In this document: in pieces, positions 1 to 27,500 of the stretch | How positions within the stretch are numbered: position 1 is the stretch's first letter | How the letters are laid out: every line of letters begins with the position of its first letter | Assembly (NCBI GenBank): GCA_030141605.1 | Contig: JAQGDQ010000001.1 | Coordinates: 186,001-250,000 of the forward strand | DNA: 64,000 bases | Direction of reading: 5' to 3' | Source of the DNA: Tubiluchus corallicola | Taxonomy: Eukaryota > Animalia > Priapulida | Notes under the pieces: model-generated | Seen by the model: the letters and a program-made list of their open reading frames with translations, nothing else | Database searches by the model: none | Told to the model about the DNA's origin: nothing | Made by a program: the position numbers and the translations under genes

Positions 1-176
1 GGCGGTGCCATCTTGCAACAATGAAGTTGCAGATTAAACGCCTGCTACTTTATATGTAAGCTACTGTAAACTAGCTGTATATTAGGCTAGTTTCAATTCG
101 AAAAACTCGTTTAATACTGTAGATTATGATATATAGACTATTTTATATGTATTGAAGCAGGTTTTTGTTCCTTAAG

Positions 177-10309
<10,133 letters not shown>

Positions 10310-11047
10310 AGAAGCATGGAAAATTTAATGTGTGAATCTGATACACAGTCCCACTCACTCGCCAACCAAAAAATTAAATTTCATTTAACTTGGCAACTTG
10401 ACAGAAAACTAATACTCATAATGTTGTACTTATGTATGAAGTGAATTACAATAAGAGATATATCATGATCATATTTGTTGGTAGTATTTTCTGTCGAAAG
10501 TGTATATAACTGTGTGAGGTATATGATTTACGTACGTTTTTCAATTTTGTGCGATAAATTCAATAATTGTAGCAGAATTTAGTATGGGGCTATCAAAAGT
10601 ACCCGAAATATATGTACAATTGATTTCTCGTTTTTAAAAACCGAGACAGAAATGGGTTGAACGCAGTCTAAACGCCATATGTTTGGTTTGGAAAATTATT
10701 TTCACATTTAAATCTATTTAATCAGGACTTGATCTCACGATTTTACACGTTCCATAGAAGTATTTCTAAACGGTTTCACTATTCGACTTCATACGACCAT
10801 ACATCTACAAGCACCTCTAGATATCCCTAGAAATAAAATATTTGAAATGGTGCTTCACTGTATTAAAAACTTGTATGGTTAGAGATTAGAATTGTTGTCA
10901 ACCATCAAGCAACTTGCTTACAGACATACATACATTATAATATATATATAGAGCTATAATTATGTATAATTATAACTCTATTTAATTCAATAAAAATTTC
11001 GTAATTATACTTTTTCAGATTATACATTTTTTTAAATGCACTGGAAG

Positions 11048-11177
11048 TACATTTTTGTGGGTAAATTTATCTTTCATATTTCAAGTGTCTCTGTAGACCT
11101 ATAGTTGAGCCTACATTTTTGTGGGTAAATTTATCTTTCATATTTCAAGTGTCTCTGTAGACCTATAGTTGAGCCTA
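11048..11177. repeat. Perfect 64-bp tandem duplication
   Basis: TACATTTTTGTGGGTAAA...ATAGTTGAGCC occurs at 11048 and 11112. Confidence 0.9.
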
Positions 11178-13895
11178 ATCTGTAAATGTTCAGGTAATAT
11201 TTCATTTCTGCTTCACATGTAGGCCTACAGTTTTACACAACACCAATTAATTAAATCGGACATTTTGCAGCTACACAATAGCTAAAGTCAGAAGGAGTCA
11301 TTCATTATAGGCAGCATCTAAAAATGTAAGCGACTATAAGTCAAGTCAATATCGCATATTGACTTTGTGCAACTGCGAGGGCAATACATCTGACTTAGTC
11401 ATTAGTCATTAGCGCGAGACTAAGAAAGTGCCTTACTTATCTGAAAAGGTGAATAATTAAAAATCATATTATAACCCAATTTGAAGGTTAATTGAACAGC
11501 AAGCTATTAATTGGCACATTTGTACGAAACAAAGGGTCGCAAAGAAAGCGGCCGTAGATACCTTCAATAAACTTTTAAAGGACTAAATTCTTTCTATCCA
11601 GTTGCAGTTCAAGTTATCAACAATAAATTTCAGTAAATTTTCAATATTTTCTGTATCACTGTATAGTTTATTAGCATTTACGCGACACTGTGTTAATGTC
11701 GATTTGTTGTAGTGCGTAATACCACCCAAAATCCATTATATGTTTTATAATGTAATGACAGTAAATTGCTTACTTACTAACTTACTTTGTTTATACCGGT
11801 GTAACGACGGCAGACGGATCAGAGGTTAGGCTTACGCATTTGGGTGCAGACGTCAGGTGCATTTGATGGAACAGTGACGTGACTGAGTTTGGTGTGCATT
11901 ATTGATTTTCGCATCTACCATGTTCACTCAACAACTTTATATTTAATGCCCGTATGATTCACATTTCTGCTATGCTAATTCTTCCATTTCTCGTCTGTAA
12001 TCAAAAAAGCCCCTTCTCGAGAAATATTTTCTAGCTAATAAATCTCTCTTGCTTTTGGAAATCTGCAGCAGTTAATTGGCGCTTAGTGCGAGATTTTGAA
12101 AATTCAGATCAATAGCTATAATCCTCGGTCTCTTCTGTGCTGATTTATTACATCTTGCTCATAATTTTGTTTAAATTCTTAAATTAAGCAGTCAAAAATC
12201 AAGAACTGCATTAATTTAAGGTAAACAACCAAAAAACAAAGAACAGTACCGATTTGAGATAAAACGGTTAAAAACAAAGAAGCACGGCAATTTTCGATTG
12301 ATCGCGAATATTAAAAATCGTAGCTGTTCTATTTGCAAAATCGAGCATACAATCCGCCCGCACTAAAAATGCCGAGTTATGACCATATTATATGACTTTA
12401 AAACCTTGGGTTTGGGACATGCTCAAGACCGATCAGAAGATACCCACAATCCAGCCACTCATTTTCTTTAAGTGACTACTGGCATTGTTGGGATTCATAA
12501 AAGATGAATTCGGCATAAAAGATGAATTCGGAATGAATTAAAAAATGGCGACCGTCCCTTGTACTACAACAATTTTACATGGAACTGATGGCTATAGTCT
12601 TCATCGAGCAAACACGCAAAAGTGGTTTCAGTTTTACAGGAAATGATTATAAGCGCACTTGCCATGTGCATGCTGTGTCCAAGATTTAAATGCTGATAGT
12701 GTATGCATCAAAACCGAACTGCGCAAGAATTATATTAAGAGATGAACTTTATTTCCAATATTGATGTGATTCTGTCTGTAAATTGTCGATGAATATTTTC
12801 TACAGTTTTCACGCAAGCCGAAAATTACGCATCCTGCACAATTTCCCTAAAGACAATAATAATTTGTTCAACGCGTTTTGTTACGTTTTACTAATGGACA
12901 CAAATGTCGTCGTAAAAACCATAAACTTTATTACATCCACACTGATGAGGAATATTTATTTTATCACGTATTGTTGTTACAGTAGCTGCAGTCACTGTAC
13001 TTGTTGTCCGAATTGCCGTCTGGGCCCTCCTGAGACAAGCAACACAGTTTAATAATTTAAGATCTAGGTGCGTTAACTACTACCACTTCCAAGAACTCGT
13101 AATGTCAGGCGCCACACAAAAGCCAAGTTCTGGCTTAAACACAGCAACAATTAGATTTATAAAATATATTTGTTGTCACGAGAAATCGCCAGGGAAATTT
13201 TGCACCATATTACAGTGGTAAGTGTAGTTGAATGGTATGTTAGAAAAGACGCTGGATGTTTGTTTAGTACGGAAACATTTATAAATTTAAAGCATCTAGT
13301 GTAGATGCCTGTGAAGACATTCGATAACTAGATTAGAATTTTAATAACAAGGTAGATGGAAACGCCGAGAATTGTCGAGTTTTCCTGCAGTCATCAAATC
13401 AGTTACTAACCAGGTCTAGTGCTGACAAATTTACTAGTCAATTACACACCTTGACAACAATTAATTTTCCTGCGCGTAGTACATGTTTAATTTTTTGTAA
13501 TTTTTGGAACGACTTCATACGAGCCTGATTTATAGAAGTGTCCAGTACCTAGACTAGAATATTTTAAATTGGTTGCCAGTGCACTGATTTACGCCGATGT
13601 GAATCCAAAACGATACGCACAAATAAAATAATAATTGCTTTGCAGGTAAGGCACTGTTATGATTATACAAGCAAACATAAAATTGCTATTAAGTGACACC
13701 CATGTTAGTATAATCTAATTTCGCAAGAAATATTGTTTATAAAACTGATTTAATTGGCTGGTTAATGAGTTTCTTTATTATTCAGTCAATCAGAGTTAGA
13801 GTGTATAGTATTTTATTATCATCAAGGCTCTATCCATTCCCTTAGTTTTCATCTAGCACAAAAAATAATGTTAAAGTTACAAAGTATACGTAAAG

Positions 13896-14966
13896 TACGG
13901 AGCTCCATTAGTGTCAATTTTATTTTATTTTTTGAAGAAAAATATAATTATCTCGTTATAACGACTTACTACATAGTTATAACGAGATTCTACTTTGTTA
14001 TAACGACTTAATGCTCATTGTAACGACATAGCTATCTTGTTATAATGAAGTAGCATCTCAATACACTGATATAAGGAGATCTCGTTATAACGATATAGCT
14101 ATCTTGTTGTAATGAATTACTACCTCGTATAACGAGTTACTGCCTTGTTATAAAAACATACCTATTTCGTTATAACGATTTACTGTTTTGTTATGACGAT
14201 CTGTTATCTCGTTATAACGACATAGCTATGTCATTATAATGATAAGTTTGACAAATACTGCGCACGCGACTTTTACATAAAGCCTTGTTGAGATTCCAGT
14301 CGGTATAGTATTTGTATCTTGATTTCACTGGATTTGGCGTATTCACAGTGTGTTACGTATTAATTGTTACTAAGTGTATTAACTTTAATTGCTTAGTGTA
14401 GTTTATGTACTCCGCAGCTTTTTATTACCAAAAATTACCATATATTATGATGGACGTGCGATAGTTGAGCTGTACATACTAGTTAAGTTCAGGTCGTGGC
14501 TTTAAGTGATGATTCAGTGCTAATTTGCAGTTTAGTTGGAGTATTTTTGTTATAGTTATACTGAGCTATCTATTCATATTTTCAATATCGAAATCATCGT
14601 CGGTAAATCAGTTAAGATATTAATTAATTTAATGAATGAATATACCTCTTGCAAACGTAACATAACTTAACACGTTAATTATGAACGAAATACGTTATAA
14701 TATTGGCAATATTAAGAATATTAATTTTTTTTAGGAATTTAAGCCCAGATAATTTCTAGTTACAGTGAAGTATATATAAGCGTATTTTTAACTTAATAAT
14801 TCTGCTTAGAAACTGGGAAGGTTTTTTGGAAGAGTTGTGACCGCGAATTCTAGTGACAGTATTTTGTTATAACTAGGTAGTAAGACATTGTGACGAGACA
14901 GCTATATTGTTATAACGAGGTAATTATATATTTTTCTTCAAAAATTGACACTAACGGAACTCCGCA
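13896..14966. mobile_element. Non-autonomous DNA transposon (MITE) with TA(C)GG termini and 6-bp TSD, IS3EU-like
   Basis: ~60-bp TIRs TACGGAGCTCCATTAGTGTCAATTTT... and ...AAAATTGACACTAACGGAACTCCGCA; direct repeat GTAAAG at 13890-13895 and 14967-14972; subterminal ~21-bp repeats containing CTCGTTATAACGA. Confidence 0.75.
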
Positions 14967-15352
14967 GTAAAGTGTGCAAAAGAGGTTAACAGAAAAACAT
15001 CTTTTAAGATACAATACATTATAGGATCGGCTTTGTATTATGAATTGTACTTTGTATTAGTACTATATCTGCTAATCGTGTTAACAGTTATTTCACACCA
15101 ACTGACAAATTCGTTGTTTGTATTAATGAATTTACATGAGCATGGGATAATGCAAAACGCATTCGCAAATGCAGACTAAAATATAGGTGAGTGTATAACT
15201 ACTGACATTCAGTTTTAAGTAAAATCGACTTTAACAGACAGCTATAATTTAAACGGAAAGAACACATTTAAATAACATATTTACATAGTTTATAAGAGTT
15301 TGAGGCACATTATTAAAGTCTGCAAATTAGGAAAGATTGGAAGCACACGTCT

Positions 15353-18444
<3,092 letters not shown>

Positions 18445-21400
18445 CTGGATACAAATAAATGCACTTAAACTAAATTATGCTACTTCCCAAACTATCTCAT
18501 AATAACAATAATTATTGCACACAATATAAAACTTGCAGTAATTCATCACATGAACGTGTATACAGCGCTAAAGATGTCGTTATCGTCATCGGCGACGGCG
18601 TCGTCACTTCACACTATTGATAATTACATATTCTTCAAGTACAACACTGCTCGGGATGTTTGTAAAAAACCGAAGTTTTAATGAAAAAATATTTTCTTCA
18701 AGAGCGAAATCAACAAAACTAACTTGTATGTCATCTGGAAAACTTGTATTAGACGCCAAAACTCAGGCTAACATTTAGTCGCATGCTATTGACTTCTTCG
18801 TAAAGATAGCGCTGAGACTGTTATAACTGAAAATAGTCTTATTCTTTGAAGTTCATAATAACCAAAGATTCCCGTGAGAAATCATTCAACTAATGGAGTT
18901 ACTAATATTGCCCAAGTGACAAGCTCGGGTTCGCGTGTTTGTATTAAACTTAGATCAAACAAGGCACATTCTTGCGAAAATGTATTTGTGACACTAAGTG
19001 AATATTTTTTCCAATTTTGGGAATTTGTCGTAAACTACTAATTTTCATGCTATTAATATCCAATTTTATCAATTTTACGTCTTAACGAGATACCGATACC
19101 AATGGCGATATTTAGCTTTCAAATTGATAATAGTGATTTCGTGTCTTCGCAATCTTGTTTAACATCGTTTGGGGGGGGGGGGGGTGATACTAAATTTTAA
19201 GCTGACAAATTCAGTGTGCGTGATATAATTTTGCTAAAAAAACAACCATGTGTATTTATCGTACGCGACAACTCCATTTACGCTGTGTCTAAATCAGCAA
19301 TGACCCGAATTTTCACATGTATATATATATATACAATTTGCTCGTGTATCCATTCACACGAAATAGCGATATTATCTAATAAGCAATTGCTGCAACTGAC
19401 TCTTTTTGGAGACAAGTTATTGATTTTTCCTGAGGTTTGAGCTAAAAGAGAGATTTGAGTGAGGTGAACATTAAATTGAAATTGACATTTCATCTTCAGC
19501 ACGGATCCATTTCCGTTTCACCATTCAGCCTCATGGCGGATTCTGAAACAGCTATTATTTCATCATGAAGCTATCACAACAGAAACGTAAAACAGAAAAT
19601 TTTCGTGAATTATAAAAATGTCGTCCTATTATTTGCCCGAATTGGTAAGTCTGTTTCACAAAGAGTTAAAATGGAACATTTACGATAAATATGTTTCACG
19701 CATGTAATTAGCAATGTAATCTGCTATTACAATCATCTGGACTAATCAAAGTCCCATCTAAATCTTTGCTACTGATCAATGAAGTCTTCTAGCATACAGC
19801 AAAGTTCACGAATTATAAATGAAACAGCTGTACTTTATGTATTAATGGAGTTAAATCAGTCTGTAAGTGAAAAAGAGGAGACAAATAAAAGCCGCCGTTA
19901 ATCAGAGGAAAGCAGAATCTAAAGCTGCAAAAGAAATGAAGCGTAATGCACCGCTGAATAGAAGTGGAACTGACCTAGCCATTTCAGCTAGGACGCCTTT
20001 TCAACGTGAAGGCACAAATCTGAACTGACAGCTCTAAGCCACTCAGGCGACGATCTTTGTGCTAGGCAAAGAAACCCAGATAAAAGACAAATATGATAGT
20101 CTATGCATTGGGACAAGTCTTAGATCACTAAGCTCCTGCAGAAATCGATGCAAAGTGGATAAATGATCAACTGGCAGCGGTCTGATGCGGTGGTGAAATG
20201 ATTCTGAAGCTGTCGTTGTGAGAAGCCAAATATACGCAGGAGAAACTGAATAAAGTTGCGAAGAAACGGAACGTGCGCAGAAATACAGCCTGTCACGATT
20301 TTCTAGTTTTTGTTACATGAGCTTAATAAAACGTTTACCTCATACATGTTTAAAAATTAGATTCGCAAGTTTAGGTTAATTACCGCAAAAGATATGAATT
20401 TCAAGGAAGAAATCTAAATGTAGCGCTTAATTTCACTCTTAATGTTTGGGAAGAACAAAGAAATAAGTTTTTGCCTCGTAATCAACAATAAACTATAAAT
20501 TAACACAGAAACCCTAGAATTTTCTCAATTATTAGGCAGAGGCGGGACAGTGCAAGAGAATAGAATTGCTTGCCATGGGCACTGTGGACACGGCAGCGCT
20601 AAATGTTAAAGTAAATTTCCAACATTAGTTCACTATACTGTATTCACAATGTTCAATGCCCAAAGGATGGTTTCTCAATACTTCTCTTGCTTATTTCATG
20701 TCGTACAATTGCTTTTTACATTCTGTTGTAGTTTTAGGTGGGTTCATTCTATCAAGTAAGAAACAGTAGCATAATGTAATAAATTATAAGTGGCTCACAT
20801 TGTCTATTCTGACTTTTTATCACTATACTGTCATGACTCTGTTAAACGCATTTTACTTCCTAGCATTAAATAATTGGCATTCTAACATTATTTAAATATA
20901 ATATTAAAATTTCGATAACAAAAGTTGTATAAAGATTTAATATTGAAAAGTTAGATGCAACTTTGAAAAATATAGGCAGTATTGTCATCTGCGTGCGTAC
21001 ACACGTTGAACAAGGACCGCACTAGTCATACCGTCATGAGTGGAAAGAAGTATAAATCAAATTACAAAAGCCTGTAGTGAACTAACAACAGAATTAAACA
21101 CAGAAACTGTCTATGTGTCTTGTACATGTATATGCTGAAAACGCGTACACGATAATCTATTATACAGCGAGCATACAATGTAAAATTTGTCTGCAACAAC
21201 TTGTCTGAGACGTCTGCGGGCTCAATAAACGCTGTTTTACCAACTTGTCTTACAGAGATTTTCATATTAAGCCTACTTAATTTTCTGACTCAGATAAGCT
21301 GCTACTGCTCTAGTCTGCGGGCTCAGAACAAAAATGTGTCATAGACAAAACCAGATCAATTATTAAAACAATCGTTTTAGTCACGCGTCGTCTAATGACT

Positions 21401-23179
21401 GTTTACCGGAATTGCTGTGACACAGTTTATTTCATATAAAAGTTGTTGTGAGTAGCAAAATTTTGTATAAGACAATTTGTTGCAGACAGATTTTTTTTAC
21501 CGTACACGACTAGTATTAAATAGACATATTAAGCAAAGGTTTATTGTGTTATGCAGCATGTAAGATAGGTTATACAGTGTGCAATGACTAAAAGGATTTA
21601 AACGGACATCTTCTGAATAAGGCTATAAGCTACTAGAACAACTTAGACTCTCCGTGCTCGAATAAAATACAAACTTCCTACATCAAACATAAGGAAAACT
21701 CCAGGGGATTTCACTCCTGCTGACACAGAAAAATAAGATAACAAACACAGAAGGCAGCGTGCAGGGAATCCATGAGTTACAGATTCATCAGACCTTTTGC
21801 AAACGACTAGCTTAGTGATTGATACGACAGTTGGCATACAGTTACGACAGTTGGTTTTGTCATAACAAATGACTTATGACACGATTAGGCCTAAACAGTT
21901 ATGTCATTATTAAGTAAATAAATACAGTTGGCATGCCTAGTACATAGCAGATTCTTATACACGATACCCATTTAAATTTCCCTAATTTTCCTAAATTCTT
22001 CCTGGTGATTCATTTTAACTGGGCTGATCAAACTTCGAGAACAAGCTGCTGCTTGCGATAGTATCAGTCATCAAATGTGTGGTTAGATTTCATATTTTTC
22101 CCCTTAGTTTGCCCCATGTACACATTTGACAGCTGTAACACAACCACAAGTTGTTCACATTTAATACAATAGCCTACCCATATTTTGTCCTCCCATAATC
22201 AATTTGTTCAGCAAAAGAGCTAGAGGTGAATATGAACTAATAACGCTAAACATGAACACAACTTAGCAAATGTGAGCGCGCCTTAAATGAACTTGTGGTA
22301 ATGTAATAACTTCTTAAATAACTTTTTTGTTACACGAATTAGTTGCGGTAAAGCAAAATAAGACAAAAATTCAGACATTGAATACAATGCTGATTTAGCC
22401 ATACTACTACACTCAAGTTTCGTCAGAATTTTCATCTTGTCCATAAGCTTACGTGTACAGATGATGTGAATCAATATTTCAACAGCAAAATTTTGCCGGC
22501 AATTTAGAGTATTATGATCCGCTAAATGTGTTATCGTCTTCGCTATTATTACCTGCAGTTCATCATGTAAACGCCATCAGCTGTCCCGGGAAAGCTTGCT
22601 AAACATACTGAATCATTAATGGTAGACGGTAGCGTGAATGATGTAATAATGAGTAATACTCAGTTGCTAAAACTAGTATGTTTAGCTGTTTATTTCGATC
22701 AATGATTGTATATACATGCTTTTGGCTAAGTGCATTTTTTATTACAAAAATGGAAAGGAAAATCCAGTCAATTGCAAAAATGAAAGCTATGCAGTTTTCA
22801 ATAAGTTCAATAATTAGTAAAGCGAGAACAAATTCATACGATGCAACGAAAGTTATTTTCGAAGTAAAAGTAATTACACGACTATACTGTCCAACTAAAA
22901 GCACAATAGACAAACTGACATCAAGACATGTGTAGCCAGTCTGTTTACGATGTGTTTTAACTATGATTACTTATACAATGCAACTTAACATATATCTTTT
23001 ACAAAAATGGAAATTTAATAACCCTTGCAATAAATATTGTTCTTTCAGTCAGTCCTGCGAACCATTCTTTCCAAATACGCGAGTGAGCATTGCTCGGCAA
23101 AGGTATAATATGTACTGAAATTTTAACGACAAAAAAGTTTGACTTTTTAATTTGTCTTTTCTTTTTATCTAATGAAATT

Positions 23180-23345
23180 ACTGACTACCTGACTGACTGA
23201 CTGACTGACTGACTGACTGACTGACTGACTGACTGACTGACTGACTGACTGACTGACTGACAGACTGATTGACCGACCGACCGACCGACCGACCAACTGA
23301 CCGACCAACCGATCGACGGACTGATTGACTGACTGGCTGAGTAAC
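23180..23345. repeat. (ACTG)n/(ACCG)n microsatellite
   Basis: Directly visible. Confidence 0.95.
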
Positions 23346-24591
23346 TGAGTGAATAAATGAATAAACGACAGGACTGACTAAGTGGCTGGCAATATGTTTT
23401 CCCGTTTTTTTGGCTGTCTGTAAGACTAATAACTGACTAGCAATTGACTGGCTGCATAGCCTGCAATGACCGCCTGTCTGACTAACTGATTAACAGACTG
23501 GCTACTTCTATAACACAACTGTTTTTGTAGTTTTTTGTAAATCAATTCCTGTTTGCAGTATCTCGTGTTAGAGAATTAACTTTGATAATGAGACAAATTC
23601 CGTTTCTGTCAGAACTATCCATACCAATTGGACTTTGCCGCTGAGTTTTGCTTCAGTTTTCACAGTTTCTTCAGAATACATGTATAAACTTTCCGAACAA
23701 TAGGTGCATTTTGAGCAGTAAGCCTATGTTTAAAATGAATGACTAAGCTACATCGACAGAATGCCAGCGTGTCAGAGGAGTGGCATGCCTGATCGAAAAA
23801 ATCATATAGGAAGTTATACAAACGACCTATGATTTCGACAGTATGCGAAGTACTGATTCTACGTTGTTTAAATAATGTAGAAATTTTCTGATTTGCCAAT
23901 TTAGAATATTCGCAAACACAGCAGTTTAATGTTTTAGTTTATTTCCGCAAGCTAATAACATCGGTACTGAGGCAACTTTGTTCAATGTACCACAAATTTT
24001 CATAAGTACTACATTGTTTTAAATTGCGCTTTTATAAAAATGAGTAGCAAATGTGGGTGTAACACTCGACTTATTTAAGCGAAGGAACAGTTTTTTTAAC
24101 TGCGTAATTTACAAAAACGTACATGCGTACGCATAAATTGCATAAGCTTATTGAGGAGTGAAGCGTGTTACAGTTGTATTGATAATGACATTCGTAATCT
24201 ACTAGCGTTGGCACTATACGCACGCATTGAAATAATTCCAGGTGTTTTAATAACAAACTATTCCATAAGCGCCTCGAGTTACGCATCACACGTTACGTAT
24301 TACATGTGCATATATTATCGACAAGTTCTAGTTTGAAAGTGTTAGCTTGTTAACCTTTTCGTGAATTAGTGAATAACTCGTCGCCACAAGTTAAATTTAT
24401 GCTTTGCGTGACACATACGCACTTCTATGTCGTGCTTGCAAAACCATCAGTTAAAATGTTGTACATGTACTGATTCTCATTCAAGGGCACAAAATAATAA
24501 ATTTTAATTTACTTTACCTTGACATCAATGTGCTTGCATCATAGTTGCGTAGTACGAAGTGAAACATTACAGAATTGTATAACGCAAAATC

Positions 24592-27500
24592 TCATTCTAA
24601 CTGCAGAACAAGTAATTGCTTACCGTAGAATCTTGGTTCATCGTATTCCACAGTTGGCATTGTTCCAATGTATAGCAAAGGTCTCATCAGGGCCATAACG
24701 TATGTTTCTGGCTCGTAGTAGTCGTACACGGTGATGCTACCAGGTTCCAGCGAACTGCGATCCACCACGTACATCTGAACGGCACTTATCTCGGCAAAGC
24801 AAGTGTAACTGTCTGCATCCATTGAATTGATATAAAGATCCACCTTATTGTTCTTGATTTCATAATAATTCACATTTTGTGCTACTAGGCTATGATCTAA
24901 AGCTGTAAAACCTGTTGGGAGGCGTAGTTCGATCACAACCATATTTGAATTTCCTTGGCCAAGATAAGTTATACAGAAACCAAACGTTGCGGTATTGTTG
25001 TCCAAGTTCATGATGTTATTCCCAGTTTCGATAACAAATAGTGACTGGTGAGTATGGAAGTACTGATACTTAACATTATATCTAATGTCTGCTTGCACAA
25101 TAGCGCAACCATTTCCAGTAGAACGAATTTCTAGTATGTTAGGAACTTGTTGAATTTCGCCTTCCTGAAGAATGTCGCTGTTCCTGTTGTTTACATTGAA
25201 GGTCTTCCTGAAGCCGTGACCTACTATTTCTAAACTAAGGTTCATGTTTTGTCTAGTCGCATAAGACATTGAAGCGAACGTAGCTAAACTTTCCAAACCT
25301 ATTACTGTATCTTGTGTAGAGCTGAAGCCTCCGTGAAGAGTTCTTTGCTGCACTAGCCATCTGGCAATTGGTAAGAGTTCCAAAGCCGATTGCCAGTCAG
25401 CTTTCCAGAGTAGCGTAAGTAATGCGTACCCCGTAGTTTCAATGCTGGCAGACGACCCACCAATGTCCGCTGGCCAATATTTGACAGCACCTTGATCCAA
25501 AGCTTTGCTTAGAAGTATCTTTGGGATGTGATCTAGTGATTTCGCTGATGTTAGAGTTGCAAGGTAGCTAACTAGAGACAACGTGTATGTGTCTGAGATG
25601 TCGTATCGGAGGATGCAATTGCGAGCTGCGATTATGGTACGATCATCAACAGGAACGTCAGCCAAAAAAAGTGAAATGGAAGTATAGGCCGTCAAAGCAA
25701 CCACATTAGGATTCTCTTGCAAGCCTCCTCTAAAAGCCGCACTATGCAGCATGCCTGTAGATTCAAAGCATCCATTTGCGTCCTGTTTTTTCTTTATCCA
25801 GTTAATTGCTTCGTTTTGGACATTTTCATCAATATAAATGAATTGCTTCATCAAAGCAAAAGTTCTTAAGACGAACGCAGTTAACCAGAGACTGCCAGAT
25901 AGGTCCTCTTCTTTTTGACTTCCAAATGCGCTGAAAGATCCATCACTGTGCTTGTATCTCAACTGCCTCTGGTATCCTATTTTCATATAACGAAGAGCCT
26001 TATCTTCTACTTCCGGCGTAAGCTTATAATTAGCAGTCAAGTATTTTAAAATTGACACAATTGGCGCTAATTTTGCCATGTTTTGTTCACCGCAACCGGT
26101 AGGTAAAACAATGAGATCCTCAATACTCGACAACGAATTGCTAAGCAAATCACCCATTACTTTCACAGATGCTTTTTCTGTACCTGGAACAACGCCACCT
26201 GGAATTAGAAGATTTATTAAATCTATCGTCAGCTCACCTGGAATGTAATTCTCGATGCAGATAAATCTACTAAGTGTATTCACGCGGGAGAAACCTTCCG
26301 CTTCGACTAACAGCGTTTTGCGAATGGAATCTTCTACCATAGGTGGTGCCTCTTCAAATTCATGACCACATATGCTTTGTGACCTGGCTACTCGAGAATG
26401 TACTGTTAAGCTCACTTCTCCTAACACATTAGCCAGGAGTGTCACAGTTTCCTTTAGTGGCTTCTCTGGACAAACGCAAGCTATAACGTCCGGGGGTGAC
26501 AAAAGTTGAAGACCAAGGGGCTGCTCAATACTGATTTCAACAGCAAGACAATCACTGAAGTAGTTGAATATTTTCACTTCGACGTTGATGACTTCGTGAC
26601 GGATAATGGAGTAGGGCAACGACAGGGAAGCAAACAGTAGCTTCCTGGATTTGAGTGTGACACTATTTGAAACTCCAATACCATCATCCTCCGATAGACA
26701 AATAGCGCCACCAATCCAGTTTGTTATACTGTCTGGCACAGTGCCATTGAATGCTGTTGTGCCATAATCATCTAAAGGTTTCAAACTCCATACCCAAGTC
26801 TCAGGGAAATAATCTCTTATTTTCTTTAGTATCTCACCAGTGTCAGCTATTTCCTCTGTTCCTTCAACGATTGGCAGGGCTCTCGGTCTAAGTGAGTCTA
26901 GATACTTATCACATGGCCTGGTTTCGAGCGTTAAATCACTAAGAACAACAACACCAGCATTGCTAAAGGCTTTTCTGGCATCAGACCAACTAGAATCAGG
27001 ACTGAAAGTGTAAATGGACCGTTTGGGTCTAGCATGTTTTTGTCGAGAATGTTGTTTGATAAATAGCCGGTCTGGTTGCTCTTCAGGATGATCGTATAAC
27101 CACTGTCTGTACCTTTGCTCACAGTAGGAGGTGTATTCGTTAAACAGACTGGGAACGGCTATGTTAAAATTATGCAGTTCTTCCAGCAACACATTTTCGG
27201 TAATTTGGTTGCTATCGTCCAAGGAATACACATTCTGGTCAATAATCCTAACTCCACACAGTGAGTTTGGACTACCTTGTATAGAAATTTCCACGTTTGA
27301 GCCCGGATGCGTCTTGTTTTGGTCGAACTGAAAGTTAACTTTGTTTTCAAAACATTCTTCAGCATCAAGCTTGATGCTGTCAGCTACAACTTCACCGTCT
27401 TGCCTTATATAATACACAAGCAATTGAGTAATAGGAAACATCGAAGGAATAACATCCACGGCTAAACGAAAATGGGCAAGACGGCTAGGAAAACTAACTT

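Noticed and set aside
13940-14240. Regularly spaced palindromic repeats resembling a CRISPR array
   Set aside because: Eukaryotic context, ~21-bp period with no unique 30-40-nt spacers, no cas genes, and enclosed by TIRs and a TSD.
22932-23505. 14-bp inverted repeat GTAGCCAGTCTGTT / AACAGACTGGCTAC as MITE TIRs
   Set aside because: One arm lies in degenerate ACTG-repeat sequence and no TSD is evident.
24601-24623. 23-nt GT..AG micro-intron at the end of the A2M ORF
   Set aside because: Too short for spliceosomal splicing; the donor more plausibly pairs with the 18445-18446 acceptor.
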